From an uncultured delta proteobacterium (GTDB lineage Bacteria > Myxococcota > Kuafuiibacteriia > Kuafuiibacteriales > Kuafuiibacteriaceae): a DNA stretch of 64,000 nt. The notes beneath the pieces were generated by a model that was given only the letters and a program-made list of their open reading frames with translations, searched no databases and had not been told where the DNA came from. Below are positions 9,958-19,768 of the stretch, one piece after another. Both the position numbers and the translations under genes were made by a program. How positions within the stretch are numbered: position 1 is the first letter of the stretch; every line of letters starts with the position of its first letter. The DNA is taken from positions 456,252-520,251 of the forward strand of contig CAWDML010000005.1 of assembly GCA_963803435.1 (NCBI GenBank). Reading direction: 5' to 3'.

Positions 9958-11004
9958 TCAGCCAGCGTTGAGCTCAGCCTCGATGACGCCCAATCGCTCG
10001 ATGATCGACTCGAAGGCCGGCGCCTCACCCAAGATCATGCCCTGCATCGCTTCGTAGTCTCGCTCGAGCTCGGCTCGTACTTCCTGCTGCGGCACGATCC
10101 TGATGGAGCCGGGCGTCGCCTCCTCGAACTTCTTCCAGGCTTGCCGGAAGGCGACGAGGTTGTGCTCGCGGACGTCGGTCCAAAGCGCCGTATCCTTGTG
10201 CGCGCTCCGGCCGAGCTCCGTACTGCTGATCATCGCGACGTCATAGAAGTGCCTGGATAGTCGATCGCGGTCGCCGGGAAGACGTTTGGCGTCGCGATAT
10301 CCACAGTGAACACCGTGCAGAATGAGCAGCTTCTCCCAATACGTTCGCTCCGGCCGAATGCAAGCCACGTTGCGGACGGCCAGATCCCAGTCCTCGCCGA
10401 GCTCGGCCTGGATGAACGGTGCGGGCGCTATCGTGGTGCTCGGGTCCAGCGCAGACCGAGCCCCGCACTCGATCTTGACCCTCGGCTCAACATAGCCCTG
10501 GCTCGATCCGGCCTTTGAACCACTCGGATATTCGATGAGCAGCGTTTGTTGATCGGGATCGGTGTCGTTGGCACTCACGGTGCACCCAGCACGCGCCAAC
10601 AGACCGACGAGCTCCGAGGCCAGCCTTCCGCGAACGTACTCTCCGCAGGCGGCCTTGAGCGCGTCGAAGCGGCGCAGCCGCTCCTTGTTCGGGATGCCCG
10701 ATGCGCGGTTGGTCGGATCGTCATCGCCGCCAAAGCCGAGGTCGTCGCGAAAGACGACGATGTCGATGTCTTCGGAGAAGCGGCTGATGAGACCAAATCC
10801 CTTGGACAACGAGGTGCCGCCTTTGAACAAGAGCCTCGCGTGACCGCCTGGCAAGCGATTGAAGAGAGCGTCGAGGACGACGCACACCCAGAAGTCCTTC
10901 TCGATGTACTCCGGCCTGGTGTCGAGGCGCTGGCCGGCGATGCTGAACACGTCGAAGCGCTCTTTGCTCTTGAGATCGATGAAGTCGGCGAACGTCGAGC
11001 TCAC
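9958..11004 (-). CDS. abiEii: AbiEii/AbiGii-family nucleotidyltransferase toxin (type IV TA / abortive infection)
   Basis: IEKDFWV, LFKGGTSLSKGFGLISRFSEDIDI, ERTYWEK, RHFYD motifs; GTGA overlap with the upstream gene. Confidence 0.9.
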   Translation of the reverse strand: MSSTFADFIDLKSKERFDVFSIAGQRLDTRPEYIEKDFWVCVVLDALFNRLPGGHARLLFKGGTSLSKGFGLISRFSEDIDIVVFRDDLGFGGDDDPTNRASGIPNKERLRRFDALKAACGEYVRGRLASELVGLLARAGCTVSANDTDPDQQTLLIEYPSGSKAGSSQGYVEPRVKIECGARSALDPSTTIAPAPFIQAELGEDWDLAVRNVACIRPERTYWEKLLILHGVHCGYRDAKRLPGDRDRLSRHFYDVAMISSTELGRSAHKDTALWTDVREHNLVAFRQAWKKFEEATPGSIRIVPQQEVRAELERDYEAMQGMILGEAPAFESIIERLGVIEAELNAG

Positions 11005-11633
11005 GCGGTAACCTCGGGCTCGACAACCTGCTTGGCGATCGGAATCGCCCACGCCGGAAGCGACGAAGCCTGCTTGGAGAGGTCACGCTTCACAGAGTCC
11101 GGCAATTGCCTTCTCAAAAGGCTGATGGTCTGGGGGTCGCTCGCCACCCGGGGCCCGAGCCAAAGCAACGCTTGCACCGCAGAGGCCGCCGGCCGGTCTG
11201 CCCACCGCATGAGCTTTGGGCTCGCATGCCGGAACCGAACCGTCCAACCCGCGATCGTGAGCGTGCGAGTCCGGCCGTCGGTCACGTAGGCAACCTTCGC
11301 CGGCACCGCATTGGTGAGGCCGAGTCGATGGGCCGCAACGATGCCGTCGGGCATTAGCCGGATGTCGTCCCGCCTCGAAACCGCCTGGACGGCGGAGTCG
11401 AGGTCCGGGGGCGCCGACCGTTTCAGAGCCGCGTTGAACCGTGGGAGATCGTAGAGGCCACGAGCAACACGCCGGAGCTGGCCTGCCTTCGCCAACCGGC
11501 TCAGAGCTTGATCCACCGCGGCGCGGTTCCCGAGATCCAAGAAGTCCTTGGGGGTGCAGACCCACTGGCCAAGACCGTGAGCCCTCACTCGGCACAGAAT
11601 CCTGTCTGCTATATTGGAGACTTGAGTGATCAT
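11001..11633 (-). CDS. abiEi: AbiEi-family antitoxin (DUF6088-like)
   Basis: N-terminal wHTH DFLDLGNRAAVDQALSRL...LRRVARGLYD.P; AAHRLGLTNAVPAK..YVTDG. Confidence 0.88.
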   Translation of the reverse strand: MITQVSNIADRILCRVRAHGLGQWVCTPKDFLDLGNRAAVDQALSRLAKAGQLRRVARGLYDLPRFNAALKRSAPPDLDSAVQAVSRRDDIRLMPDGIVAAHRLGLTNAVPAKVAYVTDGRTRTLTIAGWTVRFRHASPKLMRWADRPAASAVQALLWLGPRVASDPQTISLLRRQLPDSVKRDLSKQASSLPAWAIPIAKQVVEPEVTA

Positions 11634-11648
11634 CGGTGACCTCGGTCT

Positions 11649-11676
11649 GTCAGAAGAATGTGCATCTTCTCCTGAC
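11649..11676 (-). promoter_or_regulatory. Inverted-repeat operator upstream of abiEi
   Basis: GTCAGAAGAA-tgtgcatc-TTCTCCTGAC (9/10 complementary) just upstream of the start codon; AbiEi proteins are known to autorepress through promoter inverted repeats. Confidence 0.7.
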
Positions 11677-12043
11677 GAAGATCAAGACGCTCTCCTCCCC
11701 GCCGCCAAGGCCGGTTCGCAAGAGAGGTCGACTAAGTCTAGATTTTCTTTGCACAAACAGGCTAGAAGCATCACTCCATCGACTCGAGTCATCTCCTCCA
11801 GGCCGGCGCCTTGAGATGAAAATAATCTGTATCATCCGATGGTTGGGTGCGTTCGTCTCATCGCTTGAGACGAACCAAGAGCGGCCCGGGTTGAGGGGTT
11901 CTACCTATGCTCTTGAGTGTCTTGAGCAAACCTCGGGATGGACACCGATCGCTTGCTTGGACGCTTGTGCTCGCGACACTGAGCGTGTTGCGCGGGGCGA
12001 TCGCCCGCTTCGTCGCCTTGTCCACGCACATTCGTCTTAGGGA

Positions 12044-12217
12044 CAATACCGATCGGTTAAGCCCAAGGGATCGAAATGATCGAGCTTTCGGCGACGGGCT
12101 TTGGGGCGGCTTTGGGCCAAAGGTGCAGACGTTCACGGACGCGAAACGCGAGCCATGTCGAGCGAGCCTGCTCAAGGGATCGATCTCGTTGCGGAATCGC
12201 TTAACCGAACGGTATTG
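12044..12217. mobile_element. 174-bp MITE (IS4-like ends) with 10-bp target-site duplication
   Basis: TIRs CAATACCGATCGGTTAAGC (12044-12062) and GCTTAACCGAACGGTATTG (12199-12217), 18/19 match; GTCTTAGGGA directly flanks both ends (12034-12043, 12218-12227). Confidence 0.9.
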
Positions 12218-12220
12218 GTC

Positions 12221-12424
12221 TTAGGGAAGGCTAGAGTGGTCTCTTCGCAGATCGCTTCGAGGATCCCCCTGCTCTGCAGTCTTAGAAGTCAACGCGTCAT
12301 CGAGCCGCACGGTGGTAATGCACTTCTTCCAGTCCGGCCACTGCTCCACTTCTCGAGCCGTCTCCTCGGCGTGTTGCCAGAACTCGCGGCTCTCTTGGTC
12401 CGAACGGCTTTTGCGAAGGCTCAT
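12221..12424 (-). CDS. 67-aa hypothetical protein translationally coupled to the dCTP deaminase
   Basis: ATGA overlap with the deaminase stop and GGAGG RBS upstream; MSLRKSRSDQESREFWQHAEETAREVEQWPDWKK. Confidence 0.6.
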   Translation of the reverse strand: MSLRKSRSDQESREFWQHAEETAREVEQWPDWKKCITTVRLDDALTSKTAEQGDPRSDLRRDHSSLP

Positions 12425-13890
12425 TGCTTTCCTCCAACAAGATCGACCAGCGTAGCAACCGCCAGCTTCTCGATCTCTAGGTACGATGCAGGGAGCATCG
12501 GAATACGTAACCGGGCCGAATCTCTCTTCCACTCGACCTTCTCTCCATGCTTCTTCCGCTCCAACGTGCGGCCACTGCTCAGCTTCATGGAGAACAGATC
12601 AAAGAATCGTCTCGGGCCGATCCCGACAAAGGGCACGAAGGCCACGTGGTCCTCGACCGTCTTCTCCGGGTCGAGGACTAGCTCGTCCGGGTGCAGCTCC
12701 GCTGCCAGACTCTTCGGGTAGGGCTCCACGTACACGACCCTCCGAAGGCCCGCCGCGATGATGTGCTTGGCGCAGTTGTGGCACGGGAACGTCGTTGTGT
12801 AGAGGGTCCCGTCGGATGGCGAGACACCGACGCGAGCGCAACACATCAATGCTTCCATCTCGGCGTGAACCGCTCGACCGAACTCGGTGAGATCGAGCAA
12901 TCCTGTTCCCTTCAAAACGTCCCTCGCGTGCTCGAGCAGGTCACCTTCTGATCTCTCATCATCCGGCGTCAGCCTTTTCATGACCGCCAAAACGATGTCG
13001 TCCCGTCGCCTCTCGTTCGAGTCGAACCCCTTTTTGTGATCGCGCTGATCGTGTTCACTGGGCCAGTACAGGCCCCCTCCAAACGCAGGGACGTCGTTCG
13101 CACCCGTTGCGATGAGCTCACCAGCGCTCGAGAGGATCACGGCACCGACCTGCCGCGATAGATCCGCAGATCGAAGCGACGCGCTGTACGCCATGAACAT
13201 GGCGTGCTCGTCCAAAAACGGGGTGAGATCCGGTTTCCCAAAGAGGAGATCGAGGATGCGCCACAGCTGCTCTTTGCTGTCCGGTGCATGCAGAGAGACA
13301 AAGGCATCCGCACGCTCAAATGTATCCCGGGTCCTCTGCCCCAGCCGGTTCGGCTCATCCTCGTCGCGGCGAATGAGCTCGTTGGCTTCGTCTACCGTCA
13401 TCCCTTCGTCTTCGCAGAGGTGCTTCAGCCGCATCTTCTTGGATGAGTAGACGCCGATCAGCACAAAGCCTCCACCATAGGCGGACCGTAGAGCATTGAC
13501 CTCGTCCGGATGCTTCAGGGAGCGCAGGATGTGAACGGTTGGCCCGAGTGGCTCGGCCTTCGTTCTTCGGCCATGAATCGCGCTGATCGCGGACAATGCG
13601 AGAACGTCACCCCGACTTGCCGTTCGTCGCGCCTCGCTCCCCGCATCCATGTACGAGCGGTATCGGTCGCACGCGGGCGCCTCCTTGAGCGTCGTCGTTA
13701 GCCCGCCCATCGTTCGGATGAGGGAACTCAAGCGAACCGGGTTGGCTGTATACCGAAACTGGGCAAGCCGCTCGGTGATGATCTTTTCGATGGACGAAAG
13801 ATCGGTCCCAACCGCGCCGACCAGTCCAAGGACGAGCTCTGTTTCGGCATAGTCCGGCGGAAAAGTGGTGTTCTTGGTATCCCCATCCAC
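12421..13890 (-). CDS. Anti-phage dCTP/dCMP deaminase (P-loop kinase-like + cytidine deaminase, AvcD-like)
   Basis: N-terminal LVLGLVGAVGTDL P-loop-like domain; SADLSRQVGA, HAEMEAL and TTFPCHNCAKH Zn-deaminase motifs. Confidence 0.9.
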   Translation of the reverse strand: MDGDTKNTTFPPDYAETELVLGLVGAVGTDLSSIEKIITERLAQFRYTANPVRLSSLIRTMGGLTTTLKEAPACDRYRSYMDAGSEARRTASRGDVLALSAISAIHGRRTKAEPLGPTVHILRSLKHPDEVNALRSAYGGGFVLIGVYSSKKMRLKHLCEDEGMTVDEANELIRRDEDEPNRLGQRTRDTFERADAFVSLHAPDSKEQLWRILDLLFGKPDLTPFLDEHAMFMAYSASLRSADLSRQVGAVILSSAGELIATGANDVPAFGGGLYWPSEHDQRDHKKGFDSNERRRDDIVLAVMKRLTPDDERSEGDLLEHARDVLKGTGLLDLTEFGRAVHAEMEALMCCARVGVSPSDGTLYTTTFPCHNCAKHIIAAGLRRVVYVEPYPKSLAAELHPDELVLDPEKTVEDHVAFVPFVGIGPRRFFDLFSMKLSSGRTLERKKHGEKVEWKRDSARLRIPMLPASYLEIEKLAVATLVDLVGGKQ

Positions 13891-14264
13891 GAGCGCATCC
13901 TAGACGATTCCGTGATCGCCAGATAGAAGCAGATTGGCACGCGCAAGCCCAGCCCACGCCATGGCAAGGACCTGGAGCCGCCGATGCGTTTCCGGCTGAA
14001 CCCAAGTACGCCGATTCGCCCCGACCGCGCTCGTCCCGCGGTCTAGTCTCGGACGGCTCTTCGGGAGCCGTACTTCCGCTTCCGAGCGGAATGACCTCTG
14101 CTTCGATGGGGTTCCAACGCCGTGATCGGGCATGAACGGTGTCGCGACGATCAAGGCACGAATCGATGGCTCAGCACCGCCATCGGTCATCTGGATCGTC
14201 GGATGTCGAAGCCCGTCCCCGCCTTGCTGAGACCCGGGCAGTACGCATCTGCGCGCGTGTCCTT

Positions 14265-14292
14265 TGCGCAGATTGCGGAAGTAATCTGCACA
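14265..14292. promoter_or_regulatory. Inverted repeat, putative transcription-factor site between the divergent deaminase and adh genes
   Basis: TGCGCAGATT-N8-AATCTGCACA. Confidence 0.45.
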
Positions 14293-14495
14293 GGCGGGGA
14301 GCTCGTCATGAGCATAGGCTGCCGCCGGGCTCGAGGCGGATGCGCATGGCTCCCGCTACAACCCATCCCAAAGCTAAGAGCGGCGATGACCTCCAACCGC
14401 CGAGCTTTGGGGCGTAATGACCCCTTCGGTGGCTCCGACGCCAAACGTCGCAGCCACGACCCCTGGACTCGATCGTGCAGGGAGATGTCCGACAA

Positions 14496-15533
14496 ATGAA
14501 AGCTCTCGTCTACCACGGGCCCACGAAAATCGAATTGGAGGAGCACTCGGTGCCCGAGATTACGTCGCCGACCGACGCAATCATCAAGGTGACGAAGACG
14601 ACCGTCTGCGGCACCGACCTCCACATCCTCAAGGGCGACCTCCCAGGCTGCAAGCCCGGTCGCATCCTTGGCCATGAGGGCATCGGCGTCGTGGAGAAGA
14701 TTGGTCCGGCTGTCACCGCGTTCAAGCGTGGGGATCGGGTCCTCATCTCCTGCGTAACCGCTTGCGGAAGGTGCGCATACTGTCGGAGGCAGATGTATTC
14801 GCACTGCACCACCGGCGGCTGGATCCTCGGCAACACCATCGACGGGACCCAGGCTGAGTTCGTGCGCATTCCACACGCGGATACGAGCCTCTACCCCATC
14901 CCGGACGGGGCCGACGAAGAGGCCATGGTCATGTTGAGCGACATCCTGCCGACCGGCTTCGAGTGCGGCGTGCTCAACGGCAAAGTTCAGCCTGGGAGTA
15001 CCGTTGCGATCGTTGGTGCGGGACCGATCGGTCTCGCCGCCCTGCTGACCGCACAATTTTATTCTCCGGCCGAGATCGTGATGATCGACCTCGACGAGAA
15101 TCGCCTCGCGGTGGCCAAGCGCTTCGGCGCCACGGCGACGATCAACAGCACGGACGGCAAGGCTGCCGCCGCGGTCATGAAGCAAACCGACGGGCGGGGT
15201 GTCGATACCGTGATCGAGGCGGTCGGCCTCGCGGCGACCTTCGAGCTCTGCGAGAAACTCGTTGCACCGGGCGGAACCATCGCCAACATCGGAGTGCACG
15301 GAACCAGTGCAACACTCCAACTCCAGGAGCTCTGGGATCGTAACATCACGATCACGACGCGCCTCGTCGACACGGTCAGTACCCCAATGCTGATCAAGCT
15401 CTTGAGTGCTCACAAGATCGACCCGAAGCAACTCATCACGCACCGCTTCAAGCTGGACCGAATCCTCGAGGCCTACGACACCTTCGGACACGCGGCGAAG
15501 ACGCGGGCGTTGAAGGTCCTCATCGAAGCGTAG
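14496..15533 (+). CDS. Zinc-dependent alcohol dehydrogenase family protein
   Basis: CGTDLH, GHEGIG, C..C..C structural Zn site, GAGPIG Rossmann motif. Confidence 0.95.
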   Translation: MKALVYHGPTKIELEEHSVPEITSPTDAIIKVTKTTVCGTDLHILKGDLPGCKPGRILGHEGIGVVEKIGPAVTAFKRGDRVLISCVTACGRCAYCRRQMYSHCTTGGWILGNTIDGTQAEFVRIPHADTSLYPIPDGADEEAMVMLSDILPTGFECGVLNGKVQPGSTVAIVGAGPIGLAALLTAQFYSPAEIVMIDLDENRLAVAKRFGATATINSTDGKAAAAVMKQTDGRGVDTVIEAVGLAATFELCEKLVAPGGTIANIGVHGTSATLQLQELWDRNITITTRLVDTVSTPMLIKLLSAHKIDPKQLITHRFKLDRILEAYDTFGHAAKTRALKVLIEA

Positions 15534-15612
15534 AACTCTGTTAGGATAGCGTGGGAGCAACGAGTCGCCAGCGCATCGACGTGCGGCTCGCGCCCACCCC
15601 GAAGCCGCCTCA

Positions 15613-16548
15613 ATGCCCGCGTCATCCAAGAGAGCATTGATCGGCGCACTGGCCGCGAATCTTGGCATCGCCGCAACGAAGTTCACCGTCGGAGCGATCA
15701 CGGGCAGCACCGTCATGATTGCGGAAGGGATCCATTCGCTCGTCGATACCGGCAACTCGGGTCTGATGCTCTTCGGTCAGAGACGCAGTCGCCGCCCGCC
15801 AGACGATGTTCACCCCTTCGGCTATGGGATGGAGCTGTACTTCTGGAGCTTCGTGGTCGCGATGGTCGTCTTCGGTGGGGGTGGTGGCCTCTCGATCTAC
15901 GAAGGCATTCGCGCAACCATCCATCCGCGACCGATCACCAGCCTCTGGCCCAACTACCTCGTCATCGTCGTTGCTGCGATCTTCGAGGCCGCCTCGTTGG
16001 CGGTCGGCGTCCGCGAATTCACCGCGTACCGTCGGGAAAGGGCCTTCTCCGGGTCAATGCTCAGCGTGATGCGAGCGAGCAAGAATCCGGCGATCTTTCT
16101 GACGGTCCTCGAGGACTCGGCAGCACTCGTCGGTTTGGCGATTGCCGCAGCGGGCATTGCGCTGGGCCGCTGGCTGTCGTTCCCGGAGATAGATGGCATC
16201 GCGTCGATTCTCATCGGTTTGGTGCTGGTGCTTGAGGCCTCATTGCTGGGGTACGAGTGTCGCGGGCTCATCATCGGCGAATCGGCTCGTCCGATGGTCA
16301 TCGAGAAGATCCGACTCATCGCCGCGGAGCATCACGAAGTCGGGGTCGTCGAGGCGATGCGCACCTTGCAGCTGGGCCCCGATTCCATCCTGGTTGTTTT
16401 GCGGATCCGGTTCCCCGTCGCCCAGGGTGTCGGCGATCTGGAAGGCGCCATCGATCGCCTCGTCGTCGAGCTTCGCGCTGCCATCCCTTCGATCACGCAC
16501 GTGGTCTTCGACGTCGCTCCACCATCCACCGCGACACCTACGGAGTGA
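15613..16548 (+). CDS. Cation diffusion facilitator (CDF) transporter
   Basis: AEGIHSLVD, HPFGYG.E.YFW and VLEDSAA motifs with multiple TM segments. Confidence 0.92.
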   Translation: MPASSKRALIGALAANLGIAATKFTVGAITGSTVMIAEGIHSLVDTGNSGLMLFGQRRSRRPPDDVHPFGYGMELYFWSFVVAMVVFGGGGGLSIYEGIRATIHPRPITSLWPNYLVIVVAAIFEAASLAVGVREFTAYRRERAFSGSMLSVMRASKNPAIFLTVLEDSAALVGLAIAAAGIALGRWLSFPEIDGIASILIGLVLVLEASLLGYECRGLIIGESARPMVIEKIRLIAAEHHEVGVVEAMRTLQLGPDSILVVLRIRFPVAQGVGDLEGAIDRLVVELRAAIPSITHVVFDVAPPSTATPTE

Positions 16549-16685
16549 GCGAGTCTTTGCTCGTCAATCGCCAGCTCGAGGTCCTCTTCGGCGATGGATT
16601 CGACCGAAGGCGCACCTCTCCAACCGGTCGCGCCGGGAGCGCACACGCCGAAGCGGACGGTTCGAGCTTCCGAAACGATGCACCG

Positions 16686-18083
16686 TCACGGCGCTCTCCT
16701 CCCGGCAGCCTGAGGCGCGTGCCAGCCGCCGGCCCCCTCGATCAGACGGTCGGCCGCGGCCGGTCCCCAAGTGCCGGCCCTGTACTCGTCGGGCAGAGCG
16801 GTGCTCTCCAAGATCGGTGCGACGATGCGCCACTCCGCCTCGACCGCGTCTTCGCGCGCAAACAGCGTCGGATCGCCCTTCATCGCGTCGCCGAGAAGTC
16901 GCTCGTAGGCATCCATCTCCTCGCCGCCGCCCTGAGTGGCGAGGAGCTCGACCTCCTGGCCGACCATCGCCTCCCCCGCAGTCTTGGAACGGACCCCGAG
17001 CGCGATGGCGACGTCGGGGCCGAGCCGGAAGCGCAGATAGTTCGGCCCGGCCACCCTCTCCCCGAAACAAGCGGTCGGCGGCACCTTGAACTCGACCCGG
17101 ACCTCGGTGCACGTCAGCGGTAGACACTTGCCAGCCCGGATATAGAAGGGCACGCCGGCCCAGCGCCAGTTGTCGATCTCGAGCTTCAGCGCGGCAAAGG
17201 TCTCGACCTTCGAATTCGCGGCGACCCCGGGCTCTCTGCGGTAGCTGTGAAACTGTCCCCGCACTACGTTCTTCGGATCGAGCGGCGTGATCGCCTCGAG
17301 GACTCGCGCCTTCTCGCCACGCACCGTCTCGGGATGACCCGCCGACGGGGCGTCCATCGCCAAACAGGCGGTCACCTGGAGAAGGTGGTTCTCAATCACG
17401 TCGCGGATCGCGCCGGTCTGCTCGTAGAAGGCACCTCGGCCTTCGACCCCGAAGCTCTCCGCCATGGTGATCTGCACGTTGTCGACGTGGTCGCGATTCC
17501 AGAGTGGCTCGAGGAAAGAGTTGCTAAAGCGAAAGTAGAGCAGGTTTTGGACCGGCTCTTTGCCGAGGTAATGGTCGATACGGAAGACACTCTCCTCGGG
17601 GAACACGGCGAGGAGCGCGCGGTTGAGCGCTTGGGCTGAAGCGAGATCGCGGCCGAAGGGCTTCTCGGCCACTACCCGGCCGCCGCGTGCGCAGCCGGAG
17701 TCGCCAAGGTGCTTGACGACGGTGGAGAAGAGGCTGGTTGGGACGGCGAGATAGTGGAGCGGCCGCTCCGCCGAGCCCAGCGCACGACGCAGGCGATCGA
17801 AGGTCGCCGGCTCCTCGTAGTCGCCGTCCACGTATTGAAGCAACGCCGAGAGCTTCTCGAATGCCGTGTCATCAACGCCCCCGCCATGCTTCTCGAGGCT
17901 GTCTCTGAGGCGCGTGCGCAAGCGATCGACGGTCCACTGCTCTTTCGCCACACCGATGATCGGCACCTCGATGTGGCCGCGCTTCACCATCGACTGGAGT
18001 GCTGGGAAGATCTTCTTGTGGGCCAGATCGCCCGTCGCTCCGAAGAAGACCAGCGCATCGGACCTCAACTCTTCTGATCGCAT
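16686..18083 (-). CDS. zwf: Glucose-6-phosphate 1-dehydrogenase
   Basis: [35 protein letters not shown] motifs. Confidence 0.97.
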   Translation of the reverse strand: MRSEELRSDALVFFGATGDLAHKKIFPALQSMVKRGHIEVPIIGVAKEQWTVDRLRTRLRDSLEKHGGGVDDTAFEKLSALLQYVDGDYEEPATFDRLRRALGSAERPLHYLAVPTSLFSTVVKHLGDSGCARGGRVVAEKPFGRDLASAQALNRALLAVFPEESVFRIDHYLGKEPVQNLLYFRFSNSFLEPLWNRDHVDNVQITMAESFGVEGRGAFYEQTGAIRDVIENHLLQVTACLAMDAPSAGHPETVRGEKARVLEAITPLDPKNVVRGQFHSYRREPGVAANSKVETFAALKLEIDNWRWAGVPFYIRAGKCLPLTCTEVRVEFKVPPTACFGERVAGPNYLRFRLGPDVAIALGVRSKTAGEAMVGQEVELLATQGGGEEMDAYERLLGDAMKGDPTLFAREDAVEAEWRIVAPILESTALPDEYRAGTWGPAAADRLIEGAGGWHAPQAAGRRAP

Positions 18084-18436
18084 CCCTTCTCCCCAACCTC
18101 AGGCGACGACAACTGCGATGTGGATACGCTCTCATCGATGGGTGGGTGGCAACCGAAAGGTGGAGCGCGTTCTAATGCACATCGTGATCGTCTCGACGGC
18201 GATGGCGGTCCTCGCGAGATCCAAGCCGGTGTCATGCGTGCGTCGTCGAAGCCACCCCGGTGGGCGCGCCCTCGCGCTAGCCGAGCCGACCTAAAAGGGG
18301 CGTCCAGTCATCTGCCTTCTCACCTCGATCGCCGGGCAAGCGGGGGCTCACTCGAGCGGGACAATTCCCCACAACCGAGGCGAAAGTACGCAGTCGACAC
18401 GGGATCAACTGACGGCCCTCTCCGCGGTGTCGCTCG

Positions 18437-18452
18437 CGGCACAAGTCTTGCT
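18437..18452 (+). promoter_or_regulatory. Sigma-54 (-24/-12) promoter
   Basis: CGGCACAAGTCTTGCT matches YGGCAC-N5-TTGCW with exact GG-N10-GC spacing, about 70 bp upstream of the 18524 ORF. Confidence 0.75.
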
Positions 18453-18523
18453 CAACCCTCTGCGCCACGATCAATCCACGGCAGTTTCCCAGACGGAAGA
18501 CGTTCCGTCCGCAGAGGTCATCC

Positions 18524-18757
18524 ATGTCTCATCACGCGTCCCACGCAGTCCATGAAAGCTCGAGCTCGAGCTCGAACGGCTCGAAACCGACCACCGATTC
18601 GAAGCTGAAGCACCAAAGTGCGATCGCGATCCCGCAGGAAGCGATCGCCAAGCGCGCCTACGAGAAGTACACAGCCCGCGGCTGCGTTCATGGTTTCGAC
18701 CAGCAGGACTGGTCGGAGGCCAGCCGGGAGCTGATCGTCGAGGCGCTCGCGCACTGA
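18524..18757 (+). CDS. DUF2934-like small protein
   Basis: IAKRAYEKY..RG..HG..QQDWSEA.REL motif; GAGG RBS. Confidence 0.85.
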   Translation: MSHHASHAVHESSSSSSNGSKPTTDSKLKHQSAIAIPQEAIAKRAYEKYTARGCVHGFDQQDWSEASRELIVEALAH

Positions 18758-18830
18758 ACCCCGGCGAGACCCGAGGACACATCTTGGAGGTCTGAAACGC
18801 TCTGACATCGGGGAGCGGCGGAGAAATCAC

Positions 18831-19631
18831 ATGCTGCGAAGCTTGAAAGCTCTCGAACGATATACGGTAAGCGCCAGCGATGGCGACATTGGAAATGTCG
18901 TAAACTTCCTCTTGGACGATGAGCGTTGGATCGTTCGCTATCTGGTCGTCGAGTCGGGTGGTTTCATCGATGCGCCCCGCGTCCTCATCTCGCCCATCTC
19001 CTTTCGAGATGTCGAGTGGTCGACAAGGCACTTCAATCTCGCGTTGACCAAGGACAAGGTGAAGAACAGCCCCAGCATCGACGTCGATAAGCCTGTCTCG
19101 CGCCAGCATGAAGGGGACTACTTCCGCTACTATGGTTATCCTTCCTACTGGGGAGGAGGCTCGGGATTCTGGGGGATGGGGTCCTATCCGGGCTTGCTTG
19201 CGACGGGCCGGTGGAACGACGCGCCGGTGGATCATTCCACGAACTCTGGCGATGTCCATTTGCGGAGCGCCAGGGAGGTCCGCGGATACCATGTTCAGGG
19301 AAATGACGATGCGATTGGTCATGTCGAAGACTTCATCGTCGACGACGAGACCTGGGCGGTTTGCTACCTCGTGATCGATACCCGGAACTGGTGGTTCGGC
19401 AAGAAGGTGTTGATTGCGCCGCATTGGGCAAGTCGCGTCAGTTGGGAGGCAAGGAAGGTCTTCGTCGACATGTCCCGGGAAGCGATCAAGAACAGTCCGG
19501 AATGGGACGCTGACGCACCCATCGATCGCGAGTTTGAAACGCGGCTGTATGCCCACTACGGGCGCCCGTCATACTGGCCCAGTGGCAGCGATCGCCGCAC
19601 CGAGAAGCCGGCAGCACACCAGCGCCCGTAA
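18831..19631 (+). CDS. PRC-barrel domain protein (two barrels)
   Basis: DGDIGNVVNFLLDDERWIVRYLVV and IGHVEDFIVDDETWAVCYLVIDT repeats. Confidence 0.9.
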   Translation: MLRSLKALERYTVSASDGDIGNVVNFLLDDERWIVRYLVVESGGFIDAPRVLISPISFRDVEWSTRHFNLALTKDKVKNSPSIDVDKPVSRQHEGDYFRYYGYPSYWGGGSGFWGMGSYPGLLATGRWNDAPVDHSTNSGDVHLRSAREVRGYHVQGNDDAIGHVEDFIVDDETWAVCYLVIDTRNWWFGKKVLIAPHWASRVSWEARKVFVDMSREAIKNSPEWDADAPIDREFETRLYAHYGRPSYWPSGSDRRTEKPAAHQRP

Positions 19632-19768
19632 CCCGCGCTCACTGAGCAACCTGAGCATTGCGACGTGGCCTGCGCACTGCCCAAGAGCCTGCAGAGCGCC
19701 GGTTCGAAAGCTGACTGCTCTGACGAGCGCAAAGGTCGGCAAATGATTGAACGACGAGGAGAACACCA

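Noticed and set aside
13935-13948. TGGCAC...GC sigma-54-like motif
   Set aside because: GG-to-GC spacing is 9 rather than 10, TTGC is missing, and no nearby gene lies on that strand.
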